Shown: positions 1-12,403 of the stretch, piece after piece | How positions within the stretch are numbered: position 1 is the first letter of the stretch | Layout of the letters: the number at the start of each line of letters is the position of its first letter | NCBI RefSeq assembly: GCF_000143415.4 | Contig: NW_003314270.1 | Coordinates: 62,001-126,000 of the forward strand | Direction of reading: 5' to 3' | DNA from: Selaginella moellendorffii | Lineage: Eukaryota > Plantae > Lycopodiophyta | DNA: 64,000 bases | Position numbers and translations under genes: made by a program | Notes under the pieces: model-generated | Seen by the model: the letters and a program-made list of their open reading frames with translations, nothing else | Databases searched by the model: none | Told to the model about the DNA's origin: nothing

Positions 1-591
1 GATTTCTTTTTTTTTTTTTTTTTCCCGCAATCTTCACTTCAAGTGGATCTTGTTTGATGGTGGGACTAATTGGCTAACGAATTTTTCTTCCTGGCGTGAA
101 GCACTCAATCCCCCTGCGAGAAAAATTTGCTCTTTTGGATATAAAAGAGGATGAGGCAATTCATGTGCTTGGCGACATTGGCGACATAGCTTGCTTGGAG
201 CCATGATGTGAAATAGTTGGTAAATAGTAAATGGAGAAAAAAAAAGCAAAATTTTACCATCCCGCTGGTGAAATCACGTGCATGGTAAATTCGGACGCAA
301 CATGCAAATGCGATGCCAGCCACGCTGGCAGACACGCCAGCTGCCACGCCAGCCCTGTTGACGTTTTAGACACGCTAGCTGCCACGTAGGTCTTGTCGAG
401 GAGGGTCTCTGTGAGAGCCAGGCGGCGTGACGCTGATAGGAGTGAGCTCGCATTGGTGTTCCAACGATAGTTCTAGCGATGATTCTCTAGAATGGAGGCG
501 GAGCTCTCGTGAGGAGCGATTGGTTTCTCGATCGCCGCGGGGACAATGCAGGTACTCTCGATTCCAGCGCGAGCGTCCTCCTAAGATCCAG

Positions 592-3500
592 ATGGGTCCT
601 TCGATTCCTGGATCCATTGGAGCAGTGGTAGCGCTGCTGCTCGTCCTAGCAGTGGAAGGATCATCGCTGCCGCCATCGCAAATCCAGAGTGTTCTTCGCC
701 TCCAGCGGCTGCTGGGCTACCCATCCGCGCTCGCCCACATCGATTCCAACGCTACCCAGGGCCTGGATTTGTGTGGGATTCCTCCATCGCTGGTGTTTAA
801 TCTCTCCTGCAACTCCAGCGCTGGCTCCTTCTCCTCCACCATCGTCTCCATCCAGATCTTGGGCAATGCCACGAGCCTCTCGCGGGATTTCTCCATGGAG
901 ACGCTGGGGAATCTCCTCTCGGCGCTGCCCGAGCTCGAGATCCTGGGCCTCGTCCACCTCGGCCTCTGGGGATCCATCCCGCCCAAGCTCGACCATCTCC
1001 AATCCCTCCGGGTGCTCGATCTCAGCGAGAATTCCATCTCCGGCGCCCTGCCCGACCGCCTCCGCGCGCTCTCGCGCCTCGAGATCCTCCAGCTCAAGGA
1101 CAATCGCTTGAATGGCACGCTGCCTGGATGGATCGGCGAGCTGCGCAGCCTCCGCGAGCTCGACCTCTCCAACAATGCGATCACTGGCAAGCTGCCCAAG
1201 TCGCTCTTCTCGTCGCGGAGGAATCGCCTCGAGAGATTGGTGGTCTCGCACAACGATTTCTCGGGCAATCTCCCGGATTGGAGCTCCGACAGCCTCCTCG
1301 TCTACTTCAATGCTGGGGCGAATCACATCGGCCCCTCCTTCCCCAAGCTCGGCTATGGCGGCCTCTTACAGTCCCTCCTCCTCGGGCAAAACGATATCAC
1401 CGGCGGCATACCGCACGACGCCGCCGCGCGGCTCGGCGGTGTACGGACGATGGACCTATCGTACAACGAGCTCCACGGCATGCCGCCGGCGGCACTCTTC
1501 CGGCTGGGCCACATTGAGACGCTGGCGCTCAATGGCAACCAGTTCTTGGGGGTTTTGCCCTACAACCTCTCCCTCTCCCCCAGCTTGGCGTTGCTCGATC
1601 TCTCCTCGAATTTCTTCACGGGGCGCGTGCCGGCGAGCTTCCTGGGCAGCGGCGGATCGGTCGTGGTCAGGTTTGGAAAGAATTGCTTCGCGACGCGCGT
1701 GCAGCAGCAGTACACGCGATCGCACTGCGATGCCGCGGCGAGGAAGAGGGCGGCGGCGTCGGCGGCGGCGGCCAGCACGCCGGATTCTCACGACCTGGCG
1801 ATCATCGCTGGGATTGTGGGAGGTGGGATTGCGCTGGTTGGGGCGGTGGCGGTGTTCTTGTGTGTTCTACTTCGATGCTTGAGGCAGCAGAAGGATGACA
1901 AGCCCGTCCAGTATGCCGCTTCTTCGTGCGCGGACACGGCGTCCATTGGCGTCCCCTCGGATCTTCTCTCCAATGCAAGTAAGCATCCTTCTAGAACTAG
2001 ATCTTTCTCTGATTTGCATTGTTTGACACTTCCTTCGATTTCTTTCATTTTTCTAGAACTTGCATTGGACGATTGTGTTCGTTCCTTGTGTTCTTGGTCG
2101 GATTCACTTGTTTGCAAGCTCATTCTTTTCATGAACTTTGATTGTGTTCTTAGCGGTTTTTGTCGAGCTTTACCTTCTTCGGCTTCTTTCAGTTTTCCAG
2201 AACTTGGATTTGATGATTGTTTTCTTTTGTTGTGTTCTTGGTTGGACTTGTTTGTAAGCTCATGTTGTTTCTTCTTTGCATGAACGCCGGTTCCTTTGCT
2301 TCTTTCATATGGTTTTCTAGGGAGTGTTTCGATCGATTCGAGCTTATACGTTTTGTTTTCTTCGATTTTTGCAGGATATCTCTCACAGTCTATACGTTTG
2401 GGTGTCCACTCCACTTCTCACAACCGAGTCTTTTCAGTTCCCGAGCTCGAGGAAGCCACTGCCAACTTTAGTCTGGAGAATCTCATCGGCGAAGGCCAGC
2501 ACGGGAAAGTCTTCAAAGGCAAACTCCATGACGGGACCGTGGCTGCCGTCAAGTGCCTCACGCTGGATTCCAGACAAGACATGAGGCAACTCAAGATCCA
2601 CGTTGAGCTGCTCGTCAAGATCCGCCACAGGCATTTGGTGGGGTACATTGGCTACAGCTTGGACAATGTGATCGACGGAGCGAGGCAGTGCCGAAAGCTC
2701 TATCTTGTCTCCGAGTACATCGACAATGGAACTCTCCGTAACCATCTCTCAAGTAAGTTCGTCACAGGATTGCTGGGCTTAATGTTTTGCTTTTCGGATT
2801 TACCTGTAGAGGCGGAGGGTCGGGAGGTTTTGAGCTGGTCACAGAGATTAGCTGCTGCGATCGGTGCTGGGAGAGGAATTCAGTATCTTCACACTGGTGT
2901 TGTTCCTGGGATTTTTAACAACGACGTGAACATTACCAACGTTCTCATGGATCAAAACTGCGTAGCGAAGTTCACGGACTTCGGTATAGGGAAGCATGCA
3001 CGTACTTCATGCGATTTCGATGTAAGTGTGACGGCTTCCCTTCTTTTATGTTGACGTTTACGGGTTCGTCGTCCACAGGCGAAGGTCTACGTCCAGAAAA
3101 CTCCGGCTCACATAGACTTGGATCACCATCGCAGGTAAGCTAAGGATTGTTTTGTTTTCAATGTAAAACGAGCTCGTCCGTTCTTCTTTTCAGAAAGCTC
3201 GCATCCGATAAAACCGATGTCTACAACTTTGGCTTCATCCTGCTTGAGATCCTCCTCGGAAAGCCGCCGACAATCGAAGACTCCAAGTCGTCTGTCCATC
3301 CAAAAGTCCGAGAACTGGCAAGTTCTTTTCCTTCCTCCAAATTCTCACTAAAAATTCCTATCTCTCTCCAGGAAATGCTTCAAACCGAGCACGTCCCGCG
3401 GTACGAAGTCGTGGACCCAGCGATCATCGGCAACTGCGTAGCTGAATCTCTCACGACGGTGCTGGAAATCGCCGCTAAGTGCCTCTCGGAGGAACCATCG

Positions 3501-3692
3501 AGCAGGCCATCCATGGAAGACGTGCTCTGGAACCTCCAATACGCTGCCCAAGTCCAGGATAGAGTGAGTGGAGAGTGCTCGGAGGAGCTTCCGTACGTCT
3601 CTCCACCGAGATCTCGGTTTAACCGGCAAGCCATCCGTACGTCCGGGATCACCAACAGGAAGAACGAGTCAGGACCAGAGTTCCTGAGATAA
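592..3692 (+). CDS. LRR receptor-like kinase, LRR-VI type (At3g03770/At1g14390-like), multi-exon, atypical kinase domain
   Basis: ATG 592 begins a signal peptide (MGPSIPGSIGAVVALLLVLAVEG). It is followed by plant LRRs (LDLSENSISGALP, LDLSNNAITGKLP), a TM helix (AIIAGIVGGGIALVGAVAVFLCVLL) and intron 1 (1979-2374), which joins NA|RYLSQSIRLG. Kinase motifs are GEGQHGKVFKG, VAAVKCL, TDFG and RPSMEDVLWNLQYAAQVQ. Stop TAA at 3690-3692. Confidence 0.93.
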
Positions 3693-4006
3693 CTTATAAG
3701 TATATACTCGTAAACTGCGAGGTATATTCTGGTAGTAGAATACACGGCTAGCATATTCCTAGGATTTATTTGAATGGGATAAACCCTAGCGAGCTATGGC
3801 ACTCGGGCCCGATATCAGGGTTTCGACGCCAACAGGAAGAACGAGTCAGGACCAGAGTTCCTGAGATAACTTATAAGTATATACTCGTAAACTGCGAGGT
3901 ATATTCTGGTAGTAGAATACACGGCTAGCATATTCCTAGGATTTATTTGAATGGGATAAACCCTAGCGAGCTATGGCACTCGGGCCCGATATCAGGGTTT
4001 CGACGC
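3652..4006. repeat. Perfect 177-bp tandem duplication covering the RLK stop, the intergenic spacer and the ISE2 start
   Basis: ccaacaggaagaacgagtc...gggtttcgacgc occurs at 3652-3829 and again at 3829-4006. Confidence 0.97.
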
Positions 4007-7000
4007 TGCATTCTCCGCCGATTCTTCGCCGCGCCGTGGCCCCGTGTACCTTGCGGAGAGGGTACGCAGGGAATCTGCTACGGCGGGGAGGATTTGTCGG
4101 ATTGACGCGGCATTGGCGAGGAAATGCCGTGAGGGATGAGAATGCGATTGCAGGGAAGGGGGAGAAATCAATGCTGGGTGCGTTTAGCGAAGAGGATGAG
4201 GATTGCAGCGATGGGAGTGAAGAGGAATCCTCCGGGGAAGAGGAGGATTTTGGTTTCGGAGAATTTCGGTTCGCTTCGGACGATGGCGCAGAGGAGGGCG
4301 CTGATGATGCTAGCGAGGAGCTGGATTCTTTTGCCGAAAGGGCCAGGAGAATCGACGATCTCTGCGCCAAGGTAGCACAGGGAAAACAAATATCTTCTGC
4401 CGATCTCATCGGGCTGTATAGCTTCCGGCTCGATAAGTTTCAGGTAATCCATTCGCTCGTTTATTTTTCTCTCGTACTCACAGATATTCGTGTTGGTGAT
4501 CTAAAGCGTTTGGCTATAGAAGGATTTCTTAAAGGATCATCAGTGGTGGTCAGTGCACCAACAAGCAGTGGAAAGACTTTGATCGCCGAAGCTGCCGCAG
4601 CTGCAACGCTGGCTAAATGCAAGAGGTTGTTCTACACGACACCTTTGAAGGCACTCTCAAACCAGAAATTCAGAGACTTCAGGTAAGAAAAGACGTTCTC
4701 GGTGGACAAAAAAAAGACTTAAGTTGCTTCTTTCAGGAAAATTTTCGGTGATTCGAGCGTTGGACTTCTCACTGGTGATGTTTCTATCAATCGAGATGCT
4801 CCAATTGTGATCATGACCACCGAGATTATGCGTAACAAGTTTTATTTGAGGTTAGTAATGCTGGGATAGCTTTGGAATTTGACTCCAATTTTTATCACAG
4901 TGCTGGCAATGAGGATGTGCTTCAAGACCTCGATGTTGTCGTGCTCGATGAAATCCATTATATCAGTGATCTCACACGAGGCACGGTGTGGGAGGAAACG
5001 GCAAGGGTTTTTATATTTGCAATGTAGTATAAATTGCTGACTTTGGAGTTGCAGGTGATTTACTGTCCAAAGAGGATTAAACTTGTCTGCTTATCAGCGA
5101 CTATTGCAAATCCTGACGAGTTAGCAGGATGGATAGCAAAGGTATGTCGGCATTTTTATTTTAAACAAACACTTACACCTTGATGATAAAGGTTCATGGA
5201 CCAACGGAGCTCATCACGTCGTATAGAAGGCCCGTCCCTTTGACTTGGCATATCTCGAGGCGTTCTCAAATGTTACCCCTTCTGAACGAGAAAGGCACAG
5301 CTATCAACAGGTACTCTGCGCTTGTCTCTTTTGTCTAGTCTGAATCAGTTTGCCTTGACACTCAGGAACTTTCAGGAAGCTTCTCATTGATAAGAAACAG
5401 TTGGAAGAAGTTAACTCGAGAAAGATCAGGGGAAGGATCAGCACGCTGGAGAAAATGACTGAAGAGCAGCTGCAAGTTCTTCTTCGTGTTCAGGTTTTTC
5501 TGACGATACTCTTTGGACAATTATCTAACTCGTGCATTTCATGCCAGGTTCCTCGTATCTCTGACACTCTGAAACAAATGGTAGAGCGAACTATGCTACC
5601 AGCCATTTGGTTTATTTTGAGTAGAAGGCGCTGTGACGAAGCCGTGCAGTATTTGCAACACGCGAATTTGCTAGCCGAGGACGAGTTTCAGCAGATTGAT
5701 CTAGCACTTAAATCTTTTCGAGAGCAATATCCAGATGCCATCAGAGAAGCAGCTGTTCGGCCTCTTTACCAAGGTGTTGCTGCACATCACGCAGGTTGCC
5801 TACCTCTGTGGAAGAGTTTTATTGAAGAGCTTTTTCAAAAGGGATTGGTGAAAGTGGTGTTTGCAACCGAAACATTGGCAGCCGGGATCAACATGCCAGC
5901 CAGAACTACGGTTTTATCATCGTTTTCCGGAAAGTATCAACGACGAATTAGTGCCAATGTCGTACTTCAGATGGCTGGAAGAGCAGGTAGAAGAGGAATC
6001 GACAAAGAAGGTCACGTAGTTGTTGTCCAAACACCATTTAGAGGGCCCGAAGAATGCTACAAAATGCTACGAACAGGGTTGGAACCGCTTGTTTCGCAAT
6101 TCACAGCTACATATGGGATGGCTCTGAATTTACTAGAGGTGCGTTTTAACTACTAAAGTTTTTCCTCATGTTTGTCTTTGTCATTCTCAGGACTCGGCCG
6201 TCGAAAGTGAAACTCTGTCCAGTGAACAACGCCAAAGCTTTGGAGAAGCACGAAGCTTGATTGAACAGAGTTTTGGAAACTATATTGGAAGTGAGATTCT
6301 AACGGGTGCGAGAGCTAAGATGGTTCAAATAAGTTCCGAAATCGAGACACTAGAAAGTGGACAGTCTACAGATTCTCTTAGTAAACTGTACGAGGAGAAA
6401 ATTAACGAGTTCAACAAAATGCGTGAGAAAGTTGAGGTAAATGTCAGCCTAGTTTTTTATATTGTTGGTAACATTCTGTTTGCAGACACAAGAACGCAAA
6501 GAGCGAAGCCTTCGTTTTAAATTTGAGAGGCATAGGCTATCCTTTTTGCAGAGTCAGCTTAAACAACTTTCACTGGAGCAAGTTCCATATGTTTTACTGA
6601 CGTACGAAGATATCAACACTGGCGAAGGTCATACGCTTTCTGTGGCTGTTTTCCACATGACAGAAAACAATCCATTTATCCTGGGAGTAAACGAGGTACA
6701 TACTTCTGTTTTTCTTTCCCATATGTGAATTATGTCTCCCAGAATCACGAACCCAAGGTGGAAGACATGGATGCTTCCTTTATTGGAGTTGGCTGTGACA
6801 GTTTTTTATATCGTTTCCCCTTGAAAGTGGTGAGGAAAGTTTACAGGAGCACGATAGGAGCTGAGGAACGCACAGCTCTGAAAAGCAATCTCGCCGATGT
6901 TCAGTGGGAAATCGTTGGAAACGATAATGTTTCCCGCTGTCAATCATCATTTCCTCCACATGGTTATGAAGTGCCTGTTCCCAACACTCTTACAAGTGAA

Positions 7001-8058
7001 TGTGCGGTAAGGCATTTTCGTTTTCTTTCATGAGCTGAAGTTCATTGTTTAGATGCCGGAGGAGCTTGTTACTGCCGAGAAATTGCTGCTGATGCAGCAA
7101 AGAAGCCTTGGAAAATGGTCAAGGAGGCTCGCGGAGATTGACGAAGTTGAAATTGACAATCTTGTTGCGAAAGTGAAACAAATGCGGGAGGAGAAAGTAG
7201 CTCGATTAAAAGCGAAACTGGAACGGATAGGGAAGCGTATAAAAGGCATGCAGCCTTCAGGATGGAAAGAATTCTTACAGGTACGTACGTAGGATGGTAA
7301 AACATTAAACTCGTACTTGTTTTTTCCAGGTAGTGAAAATCTTGAAAGATGCTGGAGCAATGGACCGAAACACCCACAAGCTTTTACCACTTGGTGAAAT
7401 CGCTCGAGCTATACGTGGATCGAACGAGCTTTGGCTGGCTATAGCTCTTCGAGATGAAGCTCTGTTGTCGTTAAAGCCATCAGAGCTAGCCGCAGTTGCC
7501 GCCGCACTGGTCACTGAAAGTCCGAAGTCAATTCCAGATAATGAATACAGGTCAGTATCGATTTATGATCTCGTTGTTGCTTTAGCCAGTTCCTTTTTTC
7601 CAGGACGATATACGAGCCCTCCGCTGTGGTGAAAGAATGGGTGGAGAAGATGCAATCTGAACGACTCTGGCTATATGGCTTGCAAGAGAATCACAATGTC
7701 GAGGTAAGCCATATTTTCGCTTTACTTCCAGTTGCTAAAAACTTTTTCATGCATTAGTTTGCATGCGATCTGGATCCACAGCTTGCGGGCTTCGTTGAAG
7801 CTTGGGCTGCAGGAGTGAACTGGAAAGAGCTAGAGATCGAAGACATTATGGATGAAGGCGATTTTGCTAGACTTCTACGCCGAACCATTGACCTTTTATC
7901 TCAGGTTAGTAAATCACTTAACGTTTTCTTTTTTTCTTAACGCTGTTTTCTGGCAGATTCCTCATTTGCCTCACATCGACAGCGAGCTGTCTAAGATCGC
8001 CAAAGAAGCTGCCAGAAATATGGATAGACCTCCCATCAGCGAACCCGTGGGAGAATAG
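3973..8058 (+). CDS. ISE2: Ski2-like DExH-box RNA helicase, chloroplastic (ISE2/DExH15), multi-exon
   Basis: Arg-rich transit-peptide-like N-terminus. Motifs are SAPTSSGKT, YTTPLKALSNQKFRDF, VLDEIHYISD, CLSAT, AAHHAGCLPLWK, FATETLAAGINMPART and QMAGRAGRRG. The C-terminal DSHCT region reads MDEGDFARLLRRTIDLLSQIP and ends MDRPPISEPVGE*. A telo-box (aaaccctag) sits just upstream. Confidence 0.93.
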
Positions 8059-8098
8059 TTCAAACTTATGATACATTACACACACCATTCAACGCTTT

Positions 8099-9262
8099 TT
8101 AGTACACGTTTGGTAGCGGCTGTGCGATTGTCAAGAGAGCAGAGTGCAGCGATTCTCGGGCGAAATGATTGATATCCTTGGCCTGTGGTATTTGATAGAG
8201 TTAATTGCATTGCTCAGTGACGGACCATCTTACGTACCTTGCTGTGGATACAATAGATAATCTGGCTACCGTGGGCGGAGACAGTGGCATTGAGAAGTAT
8301 AAGCTGGTGCTGTCTCATGGCCCACAGAATGTTCACGAACAACGAAGCTCGTCTGCTGCAAGTCATGTTCAGGAAGACATTATCGCGGCACACGTGAAGA
8401 GCTACTAGAGGTGTTGAGACAAAGACAACGCTTTGAAAAGAAGGGACCGTTTCCTGCGATCGCTGGTTTACGATGATTGCACCCGAGTCACCAGAGCTGG
8501 ACTGAGAAACTCTTGCTGCTCGTTGGAGAATGTCGGACTTCTTCTTGGTGAGCTCCTCGATACTTAGCCGGAGAAAGCTGATATACTTGATGATCTCTCC
8601 TACGACGGTCGACTTGTCCGTCTAGAAAGGCGGAAGAATAGGAACAGAAGAATCAGTCAGCTAGATGAGAGAATTTCAAGAAAGAAGAAGACTACCTTCG
8701 AGCTTGGTTCTGGCAGTAAGGACCTCAGTATACAGAACAGGCGGTTCATCCCTTTGCGACGCTCTCTCTCGGACCAGATGTGACTCTCTCTTTGAGCCAG
8801 AGGCCTCTTGCCTGGCCACTTTTGCTGAACACCCAGAGCTTTCTCCAGCACTTGACTTCGACACGAAGAGATTGAAGGTCGCGTCGTAAGCTGCTGCTGG
8901 CCTTTCAAGGTGTTGTACCCGGGAATGCGAAGGTCTGCTTCTTTTCCTATTGTCATCGCTTGGAAAACTGACGAGCTACCTTGATTTCTAGCGTCGAGGC
9001 TATCCAAGTTCACGCTCAGAGGATTGGAAGAACCAAATGCGAATTGCGCCGGTTGCCAACTCTCAGTTTGGAAGAAGGTGTTATCCATCGCCAATTCACG
9101 TTTTTCGATTCCAGCTGCGACAATCAAAGATGAGAGGGGTATGCGCTCTTCCTGTTCTAATTCTATCTGGAGCTTCGGTGCTGTATACTCGCAGGGACCA
9201 GGGGCAGAGAATTCAGAACAACCATCAAGATACACAGAAGGATGAAAGCACCGAGAAGCCAT
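8099..9262 (-). CDS. bHLH transcription factor with C-terminal ACT-like domain, ZHOUPI/bHLH95-like; 3 exons
   Basis: Exon 1 (9262-8696) reads ...QRESHIWSERERRKGMNRLFCILRSLLPEPSSK. After intron 8695-8622, exon 2 reads TDKSTVVGEIIKYISFLRLSIEELTKKK...LLNATVSAHGSQIIYCIHSK. Probable exon 3 is AKDINHFARESLHSALLTIAQPLPNVY*, with stop at 8099-8101. Confidence 0.85.
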
Positions 9263-9978
9263 TGCTCAACTGGAACCGTCGAACTTGCTAGAGGTCTCTT
9301 AAAGCCCCGAGAGCATTACATTCGCGCCATGAAGGAGACAAAAGTGTATGCAATTTGACAACACAAAAACCATCTGAGGCGTTGTATGAGGTGCCGGTTG
9401 GATGGCTGCAAAGTTTCCAGGTAGAAAGCAAACTCGAGCTTGAATGCGTTCAGCGCGTGCAACACAAGCGCGATGCCATGGTATGGACGACGTCTCAACA
9501 GATGCCTTGAATGCAGAGAGCTGTGGAAGGCTCTGTGTGACAACAACGTCACCATGCGCAATATCAGGACCGACCTTTACAATTGGCAGCTCAGCTCAGC
9601 TCTCTCCAATCCTCAAATGAGGTAAGTAAGTGGTCTCTTTCGTATTTACAAAGACAGCTGGTCGTTCGTTCTATGTATCTCCAGGTTCAACTGGAACCGT
9701 TTCCATTACGAAGAAAGAATGTAGGATATCAAAGATTGTGCATTTCAAGGTCGACAAAACTGAATTGCCTGGCGCTAAATAAGATACGCAGCAGAGGAAC
9801 GAACATGGAGGAGTTATATCAGCTTCAAGGACAAAAGCTTGGCCTCCCGGACAACACTCCGTTCCCTGGCATCGAGATGTACGGAATTTGGATTCACGTA
9901 AGTTTGTCTGATTCGAGTGCATTTACTCACAAAGTTTTGTTTGGAAGGGAAGAGTTGCTACGGGATGTGATTCTAACG

Positions 9979-10255
9979 TTTCTATCACAGCTAACTCGAC
10001 TCCTTGCGTTTTTGTAGGTGCTCGTTCGAACGAGAAAAACCAACGAGATTCTACAAAGTTTTGTTTCTGTGTCGATCAAGTTTGCCGGTATGTGATATTC
10101 AGTTTTCTATCACAGCTAACTCGATCCTTGCGTTTTTGCAGGTGCTCGTTCGAACGAGAAAAACCAACAAGGTGCCACAAAGTTTTGTTTCTGTGTCGAT
10201 CACGATATTAACTTTTAACTCGACTCCTTCCGTTTTACAGTGCTCGTTCCAACGG
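9979..10255. repeat. Degenerate tandem repeat, about 2.5 copies of about 120 bp, each resembling a splice acceptor plus a 14-bp palindrome
   Basis: ttctatcacagctaactcga(c)tccttgcgtttttg(t/c)aggtgctcgttcgaacgagaaaaaccaac...acaaagttttgtttctgtgtcgatca occurs at about 9979 and 10104, with a partial copy at about 10216. Confidence 0.85.
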
Positions 10256-10305
10256 GATGCCACTTACCTGGCCTGAATGGTTACCGCTGCTGAGACGCTC
10301 AAGGA

Positions 10306-11070
10306 TTGGGTCGAGCTCATTCGGTTTTGAACCGGGCTCGAGAGATTCACGATTGGGTCTTCTCGCGGCAGTCTCTCGTGCTGAGCTCGCGGCTCTACCT
10401 CTCGAATCTCCTTGTGGAGATGTACGGCAGGTGTGGGAGCATCGAGAGCGCCGAGGAGACCTTTGCGGGAATCTCTCCCAAAGACTCTCACTCGTGGGTT
10501 CTCATGATCTCCGCGTACGGAAAGAATGGGTTTCTCGTCCAGGCTAAGAAAACGTTTGATCTAATGCCGAACCCCAGTCTAGTTGCGTGGAATTGCCTTC
10601 TCGGCGCGTTATACCCGGCTTGGGCATTTGCGAGAATCCGAGGGAATCTTTTGTGGAATGCCTGCGTGGGATATCTTCTCACATACGGCGATGCTTGCCG
10701 CATTTAAGTGTTTTGTTTGATGCCATACCGGAGTGGGACGTGGTTTGCTGCAACATACTATTGGCAGCAAATGAAAGCAGGCAAATGATTTGTTTAATTC
10801 GATGCGCGAGTGGACACTTATGTCATACAAACACCATTCTAAACATATTATCGAGATCATCAAAAGATTCCGGGAATCTTGACCAGGCCGTGTCTTTGTT
10901 TCGTATGCTCTTGCAGAAAGACCAGGCCAAGCAAAGCTTCGTGGAATATAATGGTGGCGGGCATGGTTATACATTGGAAATGGGCTTTATAATCCTTCTT
11001 ATTATTACCACACGCATGGTTTGCGACCCTTGGTATTGTTTCAACGAGTCTTCTCATGAGAGCCAATTAC
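10306..11070 (+). pseudogene. PLS-class PPR pseudogene (copy A), frameshifted and multiply deleted
   Basis: NLLVEMYGRCGSIESAEETFAGISPKDSHSWVLMISAYGKNG followed by frameshifts. 10494-11070 aligns in blocks to 12404-13560 with large internal deletions. Confidence 0.85.
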
Positions 11071-11950
11071 GTAGAGAGGCGGCCATGGTTGCATCCAGCC
11101 CAAAGGCAAGTTTTCAGAAAGTTTATAAATTATTAAGATTTCTATAAAATTTATATGTTTCAGAAAGTCTAAATAAACATGTTTATAATTTATAACACAA
11201 TGGAATTTGCCAGAAATTCCAACCATATTCTCCTTACTTAACCAAACCATATAAAATCTCTCACATGCTAAAGTCAACAAAGAAGGGGAAGAGCATCCAA
11301 TAACATTGTATCGACGAGAATCGGCAGCATGGCATTTTTTTATTACATGAGTAAAACCTGGGAGTTTTTTTCTCACTCGATCGTTTCTCATGCAAAGCGT
11401 TTAGAAACTTGTCATCAATTCGTTTTTGGGAAGCGTTCTTATGGATCTCGGCCACTGTTGCACACTGGTGGGATTTAACAGCGTGGATTCCAGCTATAAG
11501 GCTGTTAGCGGGCCAGGACGAGCGCATTACCGCATTTAAGGTGCAAGCCCGGCGATAGCGGTCAACGGGCAAGCCCTGGCCCATTGACCGCCTTAACAGG
11601 CAGTGGCAAATTGTAGCACTGAAATAAAAAACAACGCGATGCGAGTGATTGAGGCACAGGACATCTGTAGAGTTCCAAATCCCCCTCTCTATGGTCGCCA
11701 GGGAGCTCTCCTCGCAGATCCACAATCTTGTTTTTGAGAAGTACTACCTCAAAAGGTCGATCCACGCTCTCAACCTCACTAAGTGTCGCACAACATGTTA
11801 CTACATACATACAACCATACTGCTTCTGGTACATGGTATCTGGTAGTACTTAGCAGGATGACAATACTCAATCACAGTTATCATTCTTGTAACATATGAA
11901 TCTATTTTTATTAGGATTTGCTCATATTTTATGGCTACCTAGACATTTGC

Positions 11951-12337
11951 TTAGCAGCATGCAAGCACATCGTCGTTGTTCTTGATGCAATTGCCAACGT
12001 TTATTGTGGTGGACATGTATACCCCGTTGGGTTTAGCACACTCAGCATTGATGTAGGCCCTGGGAGTAACATAGTAGCACCTTACATTCATGCATGTCGC
12101 TTGGAAACCGTGGCCACAGTTCAAGGACCCTCCGTTGTTGCTGATGCAAGTGTTCACATCCAGGCTGCTCACCCTCCGCACACCATTCCTATCAGGACAA
12201 GTTGCAACAAGCTGACAGCCGTTGTACTTGATATTTTGGCATGAGTTTTCAAAATGATTATCAGGAGGACACAGGGCGCTTGTACCATGGAAGATGGCCA
12301 AAAGCACCAAGACGAGATCGATCAAACAGAATGCCAT
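11951..12337 (-). CDS. CVNH: Secreted cyanovirin-N homolog (CVNH) lectin, single exon, 128 aa
   Basis: Signal peptide MAFCLIDLVLVLLAIFHGTSA, then two internal CVNH half-repeats: FENSCQNIKYNGCQLVATCPDRNG..SSLDVNTCISNNGGSL and FQATCMNVRC..INAECAKPNG..TTINVGNCIKNNDDVL. A TATA-like TTATAAAG lies about 50 bp upstream on the minus strand. Confidence 0.88.
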   Translation of the reverse strand: MAFCLIDLVLVLLAIFHGTSALCPPDNHFENSCQNIKYNGCQLVATCPDRNGVRRVSSLDVNTCISNNGGSLNCGHGFQATCMNVRCYYVTPRAYINAECAKPNGVYMSTTINVGNCIKNNDDVLACC

Positions 12338-12403
12338 GGGGGTAAAATGCTGTATTATGGATCAACCTAGCTTCAAACTTTGAACTTTATAATCCAATGA
12401 GCC

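Noticed and set aside
1979-2283. ORF-track extension of the RLK ectodomain into a Cys/Phe-rich tail
   Set aside because: It is T-rich intron 1 (GTAAGC..TGCAG) read through by chance. Splicing restores the conserved NARYLSQ.
9979-10255. CRISPR-like repeat array
   Set aside because: The context is eukaryotic, there are fewer than three long units, no unique spacers and no cas genes.
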